64,000 bases of DNA from the NCBI GenBank assembly GCA_002633005.1, contig NMRA01000081.1:685625-749624 (forward strand). The letters are read 5' to 3'. The position numbers were made by a program, and so were the translations under genes. The notes under the pieces were generated by a model. The model worked only from the letters and a program-made list of their open reading frames with translations. It was not told the DNA's origin and made no database searches. Shown in pieces: positions 12,700-24,652 of this stretch (position 1 is its first letter; every line of letters starts with the position of its first letter). The stretch comes from Phoronis australis (Eukaryota; Animalia; Phoronida).

Positions 12700-12862
12700 T
12701 AGTCGCTGGAACACCGAGAAAAAAAGTCCACTAAAAGGCAGGAACAACCAAAATCGCCGAATGCACAATTCATAGCTTTGAACGTAGCCCGTGAAACTTA
12801 GTAAAAGGTGCACATTCTCAAAAATTCGAGCCCTTCCTTTTTTTAGGCTGGTTGCGCACATC
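12700..12862 (+). mobile_element. Fragment of the hAT-like MITE family also at 15285-15683 and 36705-36887
   Basis: AAAAGTCCACTAAAA...CACATTCTCAA...TTTTTAGGCTGG.TGCGC matches 15550-15683. Confidence 0.6.
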
Positions 12863-13544
12863 ATTTCCATTGTCCAACAAGCAAGAACGCATAGGCGCTG
12901 TTTTTTTTGTTGAATGCACCGCACCGCCTCACATGGGTTTTCCTGTTAAGGCGAGCTCATTTTATGTTTGGCGTCGTTGGGAATTCTTCCAGCTAGCATT
13001 TGACGAGTTGGCATTCTGGTGAGCATCGAGCCCAGGAGTGGTTTATAGCAATCAGGTAAGGCTCGGAGGCATCTGTGAAAAGAACTAGCTGAACTTGAAG
13101 CTTGCTAAACTGACCATTCCGTGACAAAAATGTCGTGTGCCGACTTGACGTATGAAAGCAAACTCCATAACAACTCACTCTGTTATTCAGTGATGTTGGC
13201 ACAAGATCAATCGACTGAAAGCATTGAATTGCTTGGGTGAGAGCTGCATTAACATGATACACCAACTTTTCGTCTTTCTTTTTCTGGAAATCAGAACTCA
13301 CACATGAATGTAATGAGAGATTAGCTTTGTGCAACCATAGATTATGTACTATAGTCTATGGTGCAACTTAGTTGTCAGCTGCGTAATGCAAGATGCTCGT
13401 CCCTAGAAAAACAATGACTGAATACATCAGTGTAATACATGTATTTTCGAAAATAACTGTGGTTTACCTACACACTTTTCCTCAAATGGATGGGGATGCC
13501 TTGGGAACGTGGTCATTGGGCGTTAACTGGCCTTTTGGCCGCTT

Positions 13545-13650
13545 TGGTGTTCAGTGGCCAAGGGTACTCGATGGCCCTATGTGCTCAGTGACATGAAATG
13601 CTCAGTGGCCTTGTGTGCTCAGTAGCATTGGATGCTCATTGGCCTTATAT
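13545..13650 (+). repeat. Short tandem repeat of about 20 bp (GTGCTCAGTGGCCTT-like)
   Basis: About 5 degenerate units visible. Confidence 0.55.
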
Positions 13651-14427
13651 CCTGGGTTGCGTGGCCTAGTCACTGAAGCATCAGGTATACAACTGTGAAC
13701 TGGTGAGTTATTTTTCATGAGCTGAACAGCCTGGTTCTTCCTCAGTTATCCGTGAAAGCGCAGCTTCTTGATTGAAATTGGGACTAATTAATTTGAAATG
13801 AGTAATAAAATTAGAGAACCACCAGGCACCAAATTATCCGATCGGCCTTAAGTCATGACTATATTTTAATTCGCTCGTGGCTTTAAAACTAATTATTATA
13901 TAGTGGCCACGTGATGAAGTACAGGGATAGGACAATCGGTGGACAGTGTTCTCCATTCTCGTATGAGTTCAATGCAGTGTGTTATCCAGCTGTTGCACGG
14001 TTACTGACGTATACACACGATTCACACAAGATGTCCAGCCTTTCAAGACGGCCACGAATAACAAATTGCGTTCACCCCTGTCAATTCAGCTCGTCATCCA
14101 ATACTGGTATTGAAAAGAGGATAAAATATGTTGATGAAACGTTATAAAGGTGAATTCCTTTCATTTGTGCTTGTCTGTCCATAAAATAGTCTACGGCTTA
14201 TCAAAGTGTTCACCTGATCGGGAAGTCTAGTACGTGCTTTCATCAGCGACAAACACTTTTCCTCGTTTGTTCTCCGCCTCGTTGATCCGCATTGCAAGTG
14301 GCCCAAGCGCATCGTAGAACATTCTTGAAATGTGTTGAGCCGTGTTAATATTTCAAAATTACATCATTCAAAGTATTTCTCTGGCAGCAAATTTGATACT
14401 AGTGTATTGAAAGTGATTGTTAAGACT

Positions 14428-14622
14428 TCATCGTAAAAATGAGATGCTCGATGTCGTAAACACTATTTTTGCTTTTGTGTCGGTCAAATGCTTGCTACTT
14501 CGCGCTTTTGGTGTCATGGTGCGACGTGCATTCTCCTTGTTTGGAAATGTGACCTCTTGACCTGTTGGCCCGATGTAAGCGTTTTTCATGATACCGTACA
14601 TCATATGAATCTGATCATCCAT
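14428..14622 (-). mobile_element. Possible decayed GIY-YIG endonuclease fragment (Penelope-like relic)
   Basis: ORF segment AYIGPTGQ...KENARR...SKHLTDTKAKIVF resembles YIGqTGR...kEH...H...t.h.i.f of Penelope GIY-YIG domains. Key residues are degenerate. Confidence 0.35.
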
Positions 14623-15284
14623 TTTTGAGATATGATGTTCGAATGTTATACAAATTTAGTTATTTTTCTAGCGCCCTACATAATCTTATAGTGCTTTATA
14701 CCACAGTTACCTAGTTTTGACAAATTACTAGATTGTCACCATCACTAAACCTTCCTTTATAGCACTGCACATCACAACCGTGAATTCAATATCCTGCACA
14801 ATAATGCAACCGGCTTTTTCTTGGGATGTCTCCAGAAAATACCTACTGCCAATGTCCTAGTACTATATTAAGGGATCTCCATCAGTGCGGATTATCTACT
14901 TGTGTTCCTTACGTACTGATAGCCTTACTCAAAGTCTGATAACATTGCCTGTTCAATACTTATTGTTTCATGTACATCAACTGGTGTAGTAGCAATCCTG
15001 TCACTGCTAATGTTCACTACTGCGTCTTTGGGATGGACCTTGGGATCCAATACATCGATGTTGATATCTACTTTTGACGGATTCGTGCAATATCCTGGGC
15101 ATCTGCATCGAGACATGCATCACTTCCTTCTGTGTGATAGTTTTCAGTGCAAGATGCGAAGTTATCGCTCTCCATCTCTCTAAGACCTGTTTTAAGCTTT
15201 TAGGACAAATGGCAACTTGTTCCCTGAGCTTAAGTGTCATTTCTCTGAGGGCAATTCCCAACTATGTCCCCACTATTGAGTCCG

Positions 15285-15683
15285 CATGCGCGCACCCGGG
15301 GGGAGGGCTCGAACCAGTGGCGGATTTAGAGGGGGGCCAAGGGGGCCATACCCCCCTACAATTCTCCCAGATTCCATTTGGCATATCGGGGGTGCGAATA
15401 TCTGAGGGACAAAATCCTGCCTAATACTCTGCCCTGCCCCCCCAACTCAAAATCCTGGATCCGCCTTAGCGAACGAGCCCCCCATTTTGCGCAGTGGGCC
15501 AAAAAGTCTGCCTCAGAGAATTAAAAACTCCGAAAAAGTAGAAAACGAGGCAAAAGTCCACTAAAAAGCAAAAGCTACCAAAATTCGGCGAATGTACAAT
15601 TCATTGCTCTGAACGTACCCCGTTAACCTTAGCAAAAGATCCACATTCTCAAGCCCCCCCCCACTTTTTAGGCTGGATGCGCG
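15285..15683 (+). mobile_element. hAT-like MITE (CATGCGCGCACCC...) interrupted by a second MITE at 15315-15469 (CAGTGGCGGAT...ATCCGCC)
   Basis: The terminus matches the 36705 copy. The inner element has short TIRs and CGAAC duplicated on both sides. Confidence 0.6.
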
Positions 15684-16448
15684 AATAGTCCGTACCTCAT
15701 GAATGTGGTCCCTATTAACTGATCGCTCCGAGCCCCATTCCAGCATTCACCCAGGTCACTGCATTTTTTCTATGGTATGTGGGCAGGACAATAGAGAATA
15801 TCTTTTTGGAACTGAAGGTCTCAAACTGCTGAGCACGCACTAGACAAAATATTTTCTTATTTCATCTTCAAAAAAGAGATTCTGCAAATTTATCAAGCTA
15901 TAACCTGCAAACACATTTCATTGAAGTCATTGACCGCAGAAACATGGGTGCAAATATTAATAACTAACCTCTGGTGTCTGATGCAGCAGCTATAACCACA
16001 AGTAGAATTTTGCATATGGCAGCTGTAATTTGTGTAAATTATCAATTATGCAAATTAATAATGACCATGAAAGCGTGAGACATAATACGAAAATAATCTA
16101 CATGTAATGCAAGTAAGGAAATTATGAGCAGAAACAGTATTCAATTCAATACTGGTGCCCTCATTAGTAAAATTTATGCAAATTTATCATGCAACCACTT
16201 GCAAACTGGTTTCATTAAATTATATGGGTGCAGACGGTAAAATAGTTTACCTGTGGTGCCTGGTACTTTAGCTGTAAGCAAAAGTAGAATTCTGAATAAT
16301 GGCGGCCTTAATTTCCATATATTAAGCAAATTCATAATGTATCTACCAGCAAACGAACTTCATCAAATTCACTGACAGTGAAAAAATAGGTTAAAACATT
16401 AAAGTAACCTGTCTGCATTGTTTGGTAAGGCGTTATAAGCAAAATATA

Positions 16449-19145
16449 AGAGAGATTTCGCAAAGCGATGTGAACATGAATTATCACGCACATATAATTG
16501 CGCGAGTCGATTCACGTTACGGTATGAAAAATGGGTTTCGCAACAGCTAAATTCACGTGAACGTGAAACTAAACGTGAACTGAATAACAGAGCTCAGGGT
16601 GTCTACTTATCGCAGTACAGTTTCCGTTAGATTACAAACTACTTACAAATCACTCTGTGAATGCAACTTCTTTTATTTTCATTGTCATAACATCTAACGC
16701 AAATCAGTCAATTCGATATAGTCAATTTTTTAGTTAATTTTGCGATGAGATTTAACATGCTGTGTTCTACAGTTGCTTGCACTCCATCTCCTTCCCGTTC
16801 CAGTATTATCTCTTGCATCATGTCTTTATTTGAGAAAGGTTTTACTGAATCCTCAATGAAAAATGTTTTGTTTAATTGTATTTTACTGCATTCCATTATG
16901 CTACATACGGTGGCCGAAAGTATCATCGCTATTTTAGTTTATTAATTTTTTTATTTTTCCTTTTCCACCTAGGATGAAATATTTCAACCTAGGTGGAAAT
17001 TATTTCAACCTAGGTGGAAATTATTTTCACCCGGGTGGAAAATATTTCAACCTAGGTGGAAATTATTTTCACCCGGGTGGAAATTATTTCAACCTAGGTG
17101 GAAATTATTTTCACCCGGGTGGAAATTATTTCAACCTAGGTGGAAATTATTTTCACCCGGGTGGAAATTATTTTCACCCGGGTGGAAATTATTTCAACCT
17201 AGGTGGAAATTATTTTCACCCGGGTCGAAATTATTTTCACCCCGGTGGAAATTATTTTCACCTGGGTGAAAATGTTATACATCCGGGCACCTATTTTCAT
17301 CTGTGATGTGATTGGATGAAGTCTTGTAGGTGAAGGTCGATTGGGCCAGATTAGGTTGCAATGTTGGCGCCTTATCTGCCTCTTGGATTTGCCGCGGACT
17401 TTAACAGAGACAGTGTGATTACGTATTACTCCTAGTTCCAAAACAACTCTCTGAATAAAGTTGACAGATTTCAGCAATGAACCCAAGCCATTAACAAATA
17501 TAGTGTATGGTGTAGAACGTTGAGAAATTTCCAATAAATAAATGACATATTATTGTTGTATTCCAAAAGCCTCACCCTTCCCGTGCTGACAGGTTTCAAA
17601 GACTTAAAGTTACACAACTAGCAACAAAAGGCACAGATAGTATTATAAATATCCCACAAATGGTAAAAGACGTATGGTGAATAACATCTTATGGATTCAC
17701 AAGATGATACAAATTTTGGTAAACAACTAGCATGATTAATGAATTATACACCAGTCTTAAAAATTACTTGACATTCTTTCTAATTAGAGTATAATTGTCA
17801 GCAGTATCAGAAATGTCACTAACCAATAGTGTAATAAAACACATATTTTAATTTCTCATTAAAATACGTATTTGTGTATGACCATTGCAATGACAATCAC
17901 CTTCAGTAACCAGCGTATAACAGTACAAAGTATTCAAGATTAAATGATACTGTAAGGTACAGTCCAGATAAAGTAAAAAAAATCCAAATTAGTAACGTTT
18001 TCGGGGGAGGTGGTCATGCGAAATTCCTTGCACAGATTGTCCTGTATATGCTAACACTCTAACACATATGTCTGCAAACATGTGGTGGCAGAATGATCTA
18101 ACCGATTGACATGAATAAACAAAACAAAGAGCATTGTTTTTAGAGTGCTACAAAAGGGTGTGCAGCAATGGCTTGACACATGACTTGTTCCTAGCGCAAG
18201 TAGATAACGCCACGTTAACCAAACGACGTACAAGCATGAAAATAATTTCCACCCGGATGAAAATAATTTCCACCCAGGTTGAAATAGTTTCCACCCGCGT
18301 GAAAATAATTTTCACCTAGGTTGAAATAGTTTCCACCTGGGTGAAAATAATTTCCACCTAGGTTGAAATAATTTCCACCCGGGTGAAAATAATTTCCACC
18401 TAGGTTGAAATAGTTTCCACCCGGGTGAAAATAGTTTCCACCCAGGTGACAATAGTTTCCACCCAGTTGAAAATAGTTTCCACCCAGGTGAAAATAGTTT
18501 CCACCCAGGTGAAAATAGTTTCCAACCAGGTGAAAATAGTTGAATTATTTCCACGTAGGTGGAAAATGAAAAATGAAAAAATATTTAAACAAAAGTAGCG
18601 ATGATACTTTCGGGCCACCATAGCTACATGTATGCAAGATGGGAATATATGTTGATTGTGAAAAAAGCCATGTCTACAAACTCCTGTGGAAAATGGTCAA
18701 TCTTACAATGCGTAATTTATTTGCAGTTAAAAAAACAGATGCATGTAAATTAAGCATGTAAAAATTAACAATGAACACAAAATCATATCTGTTAAAAATC
18801 CATTCTAGTTCGATGATATCCAGCGAACCCTACAGAATTAGGATTTTGGAAAGGCCTTCCTCCAGCTGGAACAATTATAGACAAAAATAGCGTTCATTTT
18901 ATACTGAAGCAAAGAAGAAAGATTGAGAAACCTATCAAAATAAAAATTGTTTCGATGTCTTGCCAAATAAGAATTAAAAAGGGCCACAGGTTTCGCGTTT
19001 AAAGCGACGCGAATTTCCCTGTATTCGCGTAAAATACGCAAACACTAAAGGAATTATGTCATAGCCAACAATGTCATGTGTGACGCGGAAATTATATAAA
19101 TTATGCGTGATAATTGACGTTCACGTCGCTTTGTGAAACCTCTCT
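16449..19145. mobile_element. TIR element with a 3-bp ATA target duplication (PIF/Harbinger-like, non-autonomous)
   Basis: TIRs of about 55 bp: AGAGAGATTTCGCAAAGCGATGTGAAC.. and ..GTTCACGTCGCTTTGTGAAACCTCTCT. ATA flanks both ends, and removing the element restores a host repeat unit. Confidence 0.75.
16908..18620. mobile_element. Foldback-type DNA transposon with TIRs of about 390 bp built from 21-bp repeat arrays, TA TSD
   Basis: Ends TA|CGGTGGCCGAAAGTATCATCGCTA ... TAGCGATGATACTTTCGGGCCACCA|TA. The arrays at about 16970-17300 and 18236-18560 are in inverted orientation. Confidence 0.88.
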
Positions 19146-20439
19146 ATAATTTTAGGTAATGGTGGTTTAATTTGCAATAATTATGCAAATTTTTCATGCA
19201 CCAGCTTTCAAGTTGATTTCATTAAATTATTTGACCACGCGAACATAGGTGCAAATATCATGATAGCTCACCTGTAGTGCTTGGTACCGTAGCTATTAGA
19301 ACAAGTAAAGTTTTGAATAATGGCGGCCTTATAATTTGCATAAATTATGCAAATTCACTACGTATCTCCTAATATTTTGCACTATTAAACTTGCTGACCA
19401 TGAAAACATAGGTGAAAACATCAAAATAATCTTCCTGCATTGCTTAGTAAAGAAATTATATGCAAAAATAGAATTTTGCGTAATGGCGGTCTTAATTTGC
19501 ATATTTAAAAATGCTCAAGGGTTGCGAACGGTCACCCCCCTAAATCATGATTGCCTACGCCTAGGCTACATGAAACAGCAAAGAAATCCAGGTTAAGTAA
19601 AAAAAACAGCATTTGGCTTCCGGACTAATAGGCTGTCCACCGTTGTTGCTCAAAAACCACAGACATTTAGTTGTGCTTTCTTGCACTGAGAAAACCCCAA
19701 TGAGCATGTTCACATGAGTATAGAAAAGTAGACCTTATAAAAACTTTGGCCGAAGGTTCGCTACCTTCGAATAAAGAGTTGTATTTGTGTCCAATTAGTA
19801 ACCATTTAAAGGGTGTGCAAAAGTTGAATAATTCTTAAAACTTTGATTACATTGTTTACAAAAAATTTAGTTCCAAGAAACTCTGCCAATCGTGATTCTT
19901 GAAACTAACTAACGATTGACATTTTCAAGCAGGGACAACATCGGGTCAGGGATGAGGCGACTTCATGATGACTGGCAGGGATAGAGTAGCCCGTTAACTA
20001 TATTTAATTTCGACCCGGCCGTGCGCGTGGTTCCGGTGGGTGAGATTGAGACGCAGCGACTCTAAACTTTCTAATCAAGGTGTGAAATGATGCAATCTTA
20101 ACATGGATTAGATGAATGTATCGTGTTTGATAATTCAACAATCTTCCTACGTCATATTCTTTTTAAAATGTTAGTACGTACACATTTTTCCATATTCGTA
20201 AGACATGAGGGTAATTTCGCATGCGCATGACACCCATGTACACCACTCAATGCATCTAATAACCGAGGTATCGTTTATCTTTGCATGTAAAAGTATTATA
20301 ATTACACATGAGTCCGAAATTTTACATATTTTTGGAGTAGTGAACCTTCGAAATAGTGAACATTTGGAATTTTGAACCTTCAGAGTAGAGAACTTTCGGT
20401 GAGTGGGCTGTTCCCATTTCCAGCAGCAAAGTAAGCAAC

Positions 20440-20660
20440 TTGATACAAGCTATTTATCAACTGGATAACGGAACAGTGGCAGTATACCCATCTCTTTATC
20501 TTATTCCCATGCACACTGCACGCTCTTCCAGACACGTCACCGACCATGCATATCACATGCCTGGTTTTAGACGTTATTTTCATTTGCAAAGGTTTTGCCT
20601 TGCCACTATTCGGCATTGGAACGAACTGGACAACCGTGTGATCTCAGCGCCACCAACTGA
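20440..20660 (+). mobile_element. CR1-like LINE ORF2 C-terminal relic
   Basis: AIYQLDNGTVAVYPSLYLIP..ARSSRH....YH...FCLATIRHWNELDNRVISAP matches the CR1-clade C-terminal SFFPrTIrxWNxLp motif. Confidence 0.7.
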
Positions 20661-23600
20661 CACGGTGGGACCGGCAAAGTCAATAGTATGACCGGTTTTC
20701 ATACTTTTAAAAGTGACCAACGCATTTTGTTGACGTAGCAGAAGAGAGTGCGGAAGAAAGGGATGATGTTGATAATAAAAAAGAAGAAGAGGAAAAAAGG
20801 CCAAACGGAACGTGAGCACCGCCCGTTTCCAATAGAGGTCAATAAAAGTGTCAGGGATAGGGAGAAATGAGGATCACTAGGATTTTGCTGATGAACACAA
20901 CAATACTGTAAAAATCGTCCCAAGATAACAATTTAGGGTATATGTGGAGATTCGGCAAAACGCAACAGGGGGAGATGCCGTCCATTTAAAACTATCAAAG
21001 ACATCCCTTGTCGCGAAGGACACTGGTATACAAACTGCTCGAAAAGTAAGTGTACCTCCGGTATTTTTATCTTAATTTCCAAGAAATTGAGAAAACATGC
21101 ATATTCGTATGGAATCTGACCTTATGGCGAAAGAAAATGGTTTACAAAGCACCAGTTGAAAAATGAAACTAAAAAATAGATGGTTCACAGTCGTTTAACA
21201 TTTCACAAAAATGGTTTAAATTTGAAATGTTAATGATGTATTTATTCCGAACTGAGTATACTGTGCCGTGACAGTCATTAGTTTCCACCGTTAAAGGGAT
21301 TACCCGCCTGCCATTGTTTTGGAACGGGCCGACTTTTGGTCGTTTTGCCAAACGCTGTCAAAAGGCTTGGCGTTTTTTTGTTCTTTTTATTTGTGAACGC
21401 CCTGAATGACAAATGAAAATCATTTTTTCTCTTCGTGTGGAAAGGTTTGAGTTTGCTCTGGAGTAGTTTGTTTTGCCAAGCAAAAAGAAAACGCGGCTAT
21501 TTTCATAGGACTATTCAAGAATTCTTTCCATGGAACAGAAATTTATTAATCATACCAAACTCACCCTTGACTAATTTTTATCACAATGTGATCTACTGAA
21601 ATACTGACACGGACCCTAAACGGTCAAGTTCCTGAAAGCGTGAAGCGGGACTGCGTAAATATGTCATTTTATATATCTCGTTTTTGATTACCTTTAACCT
21701 CTTGTATACATCGTAGAATAACTTTAAAGCTCATAAGATATGCATCAAATTAATTAGCAAGAATCTTTACCTCGTGAACACAAACAAGGATACATTTTGT
21801 TCATTTGTACACTTTATTGGAAACTGTGGCCTAAACAGAAGGTACATTTAATTTTGAGTAGCTTATCTTTTGTGACGTTTACAAAGCCTGGCACTCGTCC
21901 AAAAAGCACGAATTGATCTCCCTATCTTGAAGTGCAGCTGCAATATATTAATTAAACCAGCCTGCATAATCACTTGACCTGAAGATAAAAAGTCGCGACT
22001 ATAGTATATTCCAGGTTAATTTTAAGTAATGAGTCAACGAACGTGCAACATACAGTCACAGTCACGATTTTACGGCAAAATTATTTTGACATTCGTTATT
22101 CAAATCTTGATAAAGGTTTTACTGGTGGGCAATGAGATGCAGTGCTAACGGTTAACACCAAACATTTTGAAAGGCTGAATAGGGGCGCGATACACGTTAA
22201 GCGGCCTAACCCTTTGAAAACAAGATCAAACATGCGATACACTGTACGTTTTCCTACCTCCGCGAAAGAGGAAAGTTCAAACTGAGATGGGGGTATTTTG
22301 CCCCAAGGGCAACATTTATAATATATATGCCAACATTAGCGTGCATTATGTTATTAAAATATGGAGCCGCAAAACCTGCGCAATTTGAGGGGTCCGGGGA
22401 AAGTGGGACGGAACCTCGGTCTTATGAGAATGAATACTGCTTTCATTTGTGTGCTTTTCTATGACTCTCTCTCTTTTTGTGTGTCAACATTACAATCCGG
22501 AGAAGAAAATTTTCACATATAAAGCGAGCAAAATTTACGATTTAAAAAGTCCAAACAACACCATGCAAACTTTCAAACAATATCATTACTGTTCGGTAAA
22601 CAAAGAATTGACATAAGATTTGCTTGCGCTGGCGGAGTTCGGTTTTTTCCAAGGACCTGACGTGCTTATGGACGTAAAACTGCTCGATAGTGGATTTCGT
22701 TTAGAAATCTTTGCTCTAGGAACTAGAAGGAGGCTTCTTAAATCAGCTGATCCCGAGTTGGAGAATCGACGCGATGACATTTACGATTCACTACCGGAAT
22801 TCACTACATTTTTTTTCTTTTAAAAGCTTACCCCATATCGAGTTAAAATGACGATAGGTGAGGTCAGTATCTATTTTACTTCAACTGGAGGTCTCGCTTT
22901 GCAGGAAACACATGAGGAACCACACAAACTAACTAATTGTCGTTTTCAATCTTTAAGCCGGCTTTGGTCGTGCAATTCTCCATATTTTTATTTCCTATTA
23001 CTCCACCTTCCTTCTAAAAACAACTTTTGATTTACATGGCGTGTATGAATTTCTAACACTTCCTAATTAATTTTTTTTATCTATACCACTTACCGTTATG
23101 AAATTAATCTCACATTATTTCTTAGGGAAATTGAAGATAATTTCCGGCATTCAAAAACGGGCAGTTCGTAGTTAAAATCATGATCTACGAGTTAATAAAA
23201 AAATTTCACGGCCATAGTATGCATGGTCTCGGTGAATAAATTGTTCTTTTCAAATTCAAAAACCACTTGAGTTCAGATTTTTAGCGTTAGGTGGTCTACC
23301 TCGTAAGTTCGATGCTTGGGCGAAGGAGGTTTATAACCACTTCAAATGCTAAATATTCTCGCAAAATCGAGTCATGCACGAGATTTTAACTTCAGATGGA
23401 CCACAATGCGGTCATAGGATCAGGCAAAAAGTAGAAATGGTTCTGGTTCGCGTCCGACTCATTTTCAAACCTGCGCCTTTCACTGTTTAAAAAATGCCTG
23501 CTTCATTTTTAGCATTTTTTATGATTCAACCTAAACGTATCTAAGTAAGTTTTTTGATCGATATGCCTGAGCAACCCGACAATCGCTTCTTTCACGACTG

Positions 23601-24439
23601 CAGTTTGACTCGCTCGTCTGGTCCACAGATGGAAGTCGTCACTCACTGCACCGCTGCAACCGGGAAATCTACAAGGAGGTGGCGCTGGAAAAAAGATCTG
23701 ATACCGACCCATTTCGGCTGACATCAGATGACCTTTTGTTTTTGAAAATTAGGCAAGCCAAATACTGTATTCACAGCAACAATTTTTCAAAAACTACAGA
23801 ACAGAAGAAATAGAAAGTATTAATCAATATTCATATTCTAGGTATTAATGAGACGTACCTTTTAAACTGTGATACAATGTGACAGCATATACCTGTTCGC
23901 AGTATAAACCTATGAAAAAAAACATTCAAGCTTGTCTCTCGGGAGGTCGGGAACAGGTATGATTCATTTATCAGGCAATACATACAGAGGCAGCCGTTGA
24001 AACTCAGAACAAAAACGCATTGTTTTGACAACCGATGAGCAGGTCAGATGTACAATGCCTTTGGAATTTATATTAACATATCGCGGTTTATGAACTCATG
24101 TAGTTTGCAGTCATGAATGATTTAGTAGTCTTCTGCGTACGTTATAATATATATGTACTTTGATTTATGAAACAGAGGTGCTGGTCACATGGCTAAGGGC
24201 ACCCTCATCGAGCAATTGTTTAGCTACGAAACTCAGACGTCAGCTATGGTCTTTCGCAAAAAAAATAACACAGTCATTTCAGACTGGTTTTGCCAAACAT
24301 TTAAAACAGATTGTTTCTAAACTTTAGATATTGATATACCACATTTTGTAGTATTCCCTCAGTGCTCTGCCTTTACTGGCTAATCACCTCAATCTGAAAG
24401 ATGCTAGTCACGACGTTGTATTTATATGACACGTCCGCA

Positions 24440-24652
24440 AATATTTAGCCAATCACCGTAGTGGTAACATATACATGCATGTTGCGGTTAACCAATCACT
24501 TGCAATAATAAAAAATCTAGGCGACTACAACTAAAACTCATCCACGTGATAATTGTGTTTACAAGTGGGAGAAATACTACCGTAGATGTGCGTGACGTAG
24601 CTCCTTTGTAGATTTTAACAGACACACGTTCTCAGTTCAAGATTGATAAGCG
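24440..24652 (+). promoter_or_regulatory. Candidate promoter and non-coding first exon of the MYND gene
   Basis: Two CCAAT boxes (AGCCAATCA, AACCAATCA), a CACGTG E-box and a GTGACGTA CRE-like site, then a strong donor CG|GTGAGT at 24652/24653. Confidence 0.4.

Larger units (their letters stand above)
15687..19626. mobile_element. Element with internal tandem repeats of about 140-160 bp, host to two nested insertions
   Basis: The unit AAGTAGAATTTTG..TAATGGCGGCCTTAATTTGCATA..TTATGCAAATT recurs in 15880-16448 and 19146-19520. Candidate ends are AAT|AGTCCG...CGGACT|AAT, but the TIR is only 6 bp, so the ends are weak. Confidence 0.55.

Noticed and set aside
16974-18621. Repetitive ORFs (GGNYFNL/GGNYFHP, PGWKLFS) and a CRISPR-like appearance
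   Set aside because: They are translations of the 21-bp TIR arrays of the foldback element. There are no unique spacers and no cas genes, and the context is eukaryotic.
22586-22823. Overlapping 64-67 aa ORFs on both strands
   Set aside because: No recognisable motif and no supporting exon chain.
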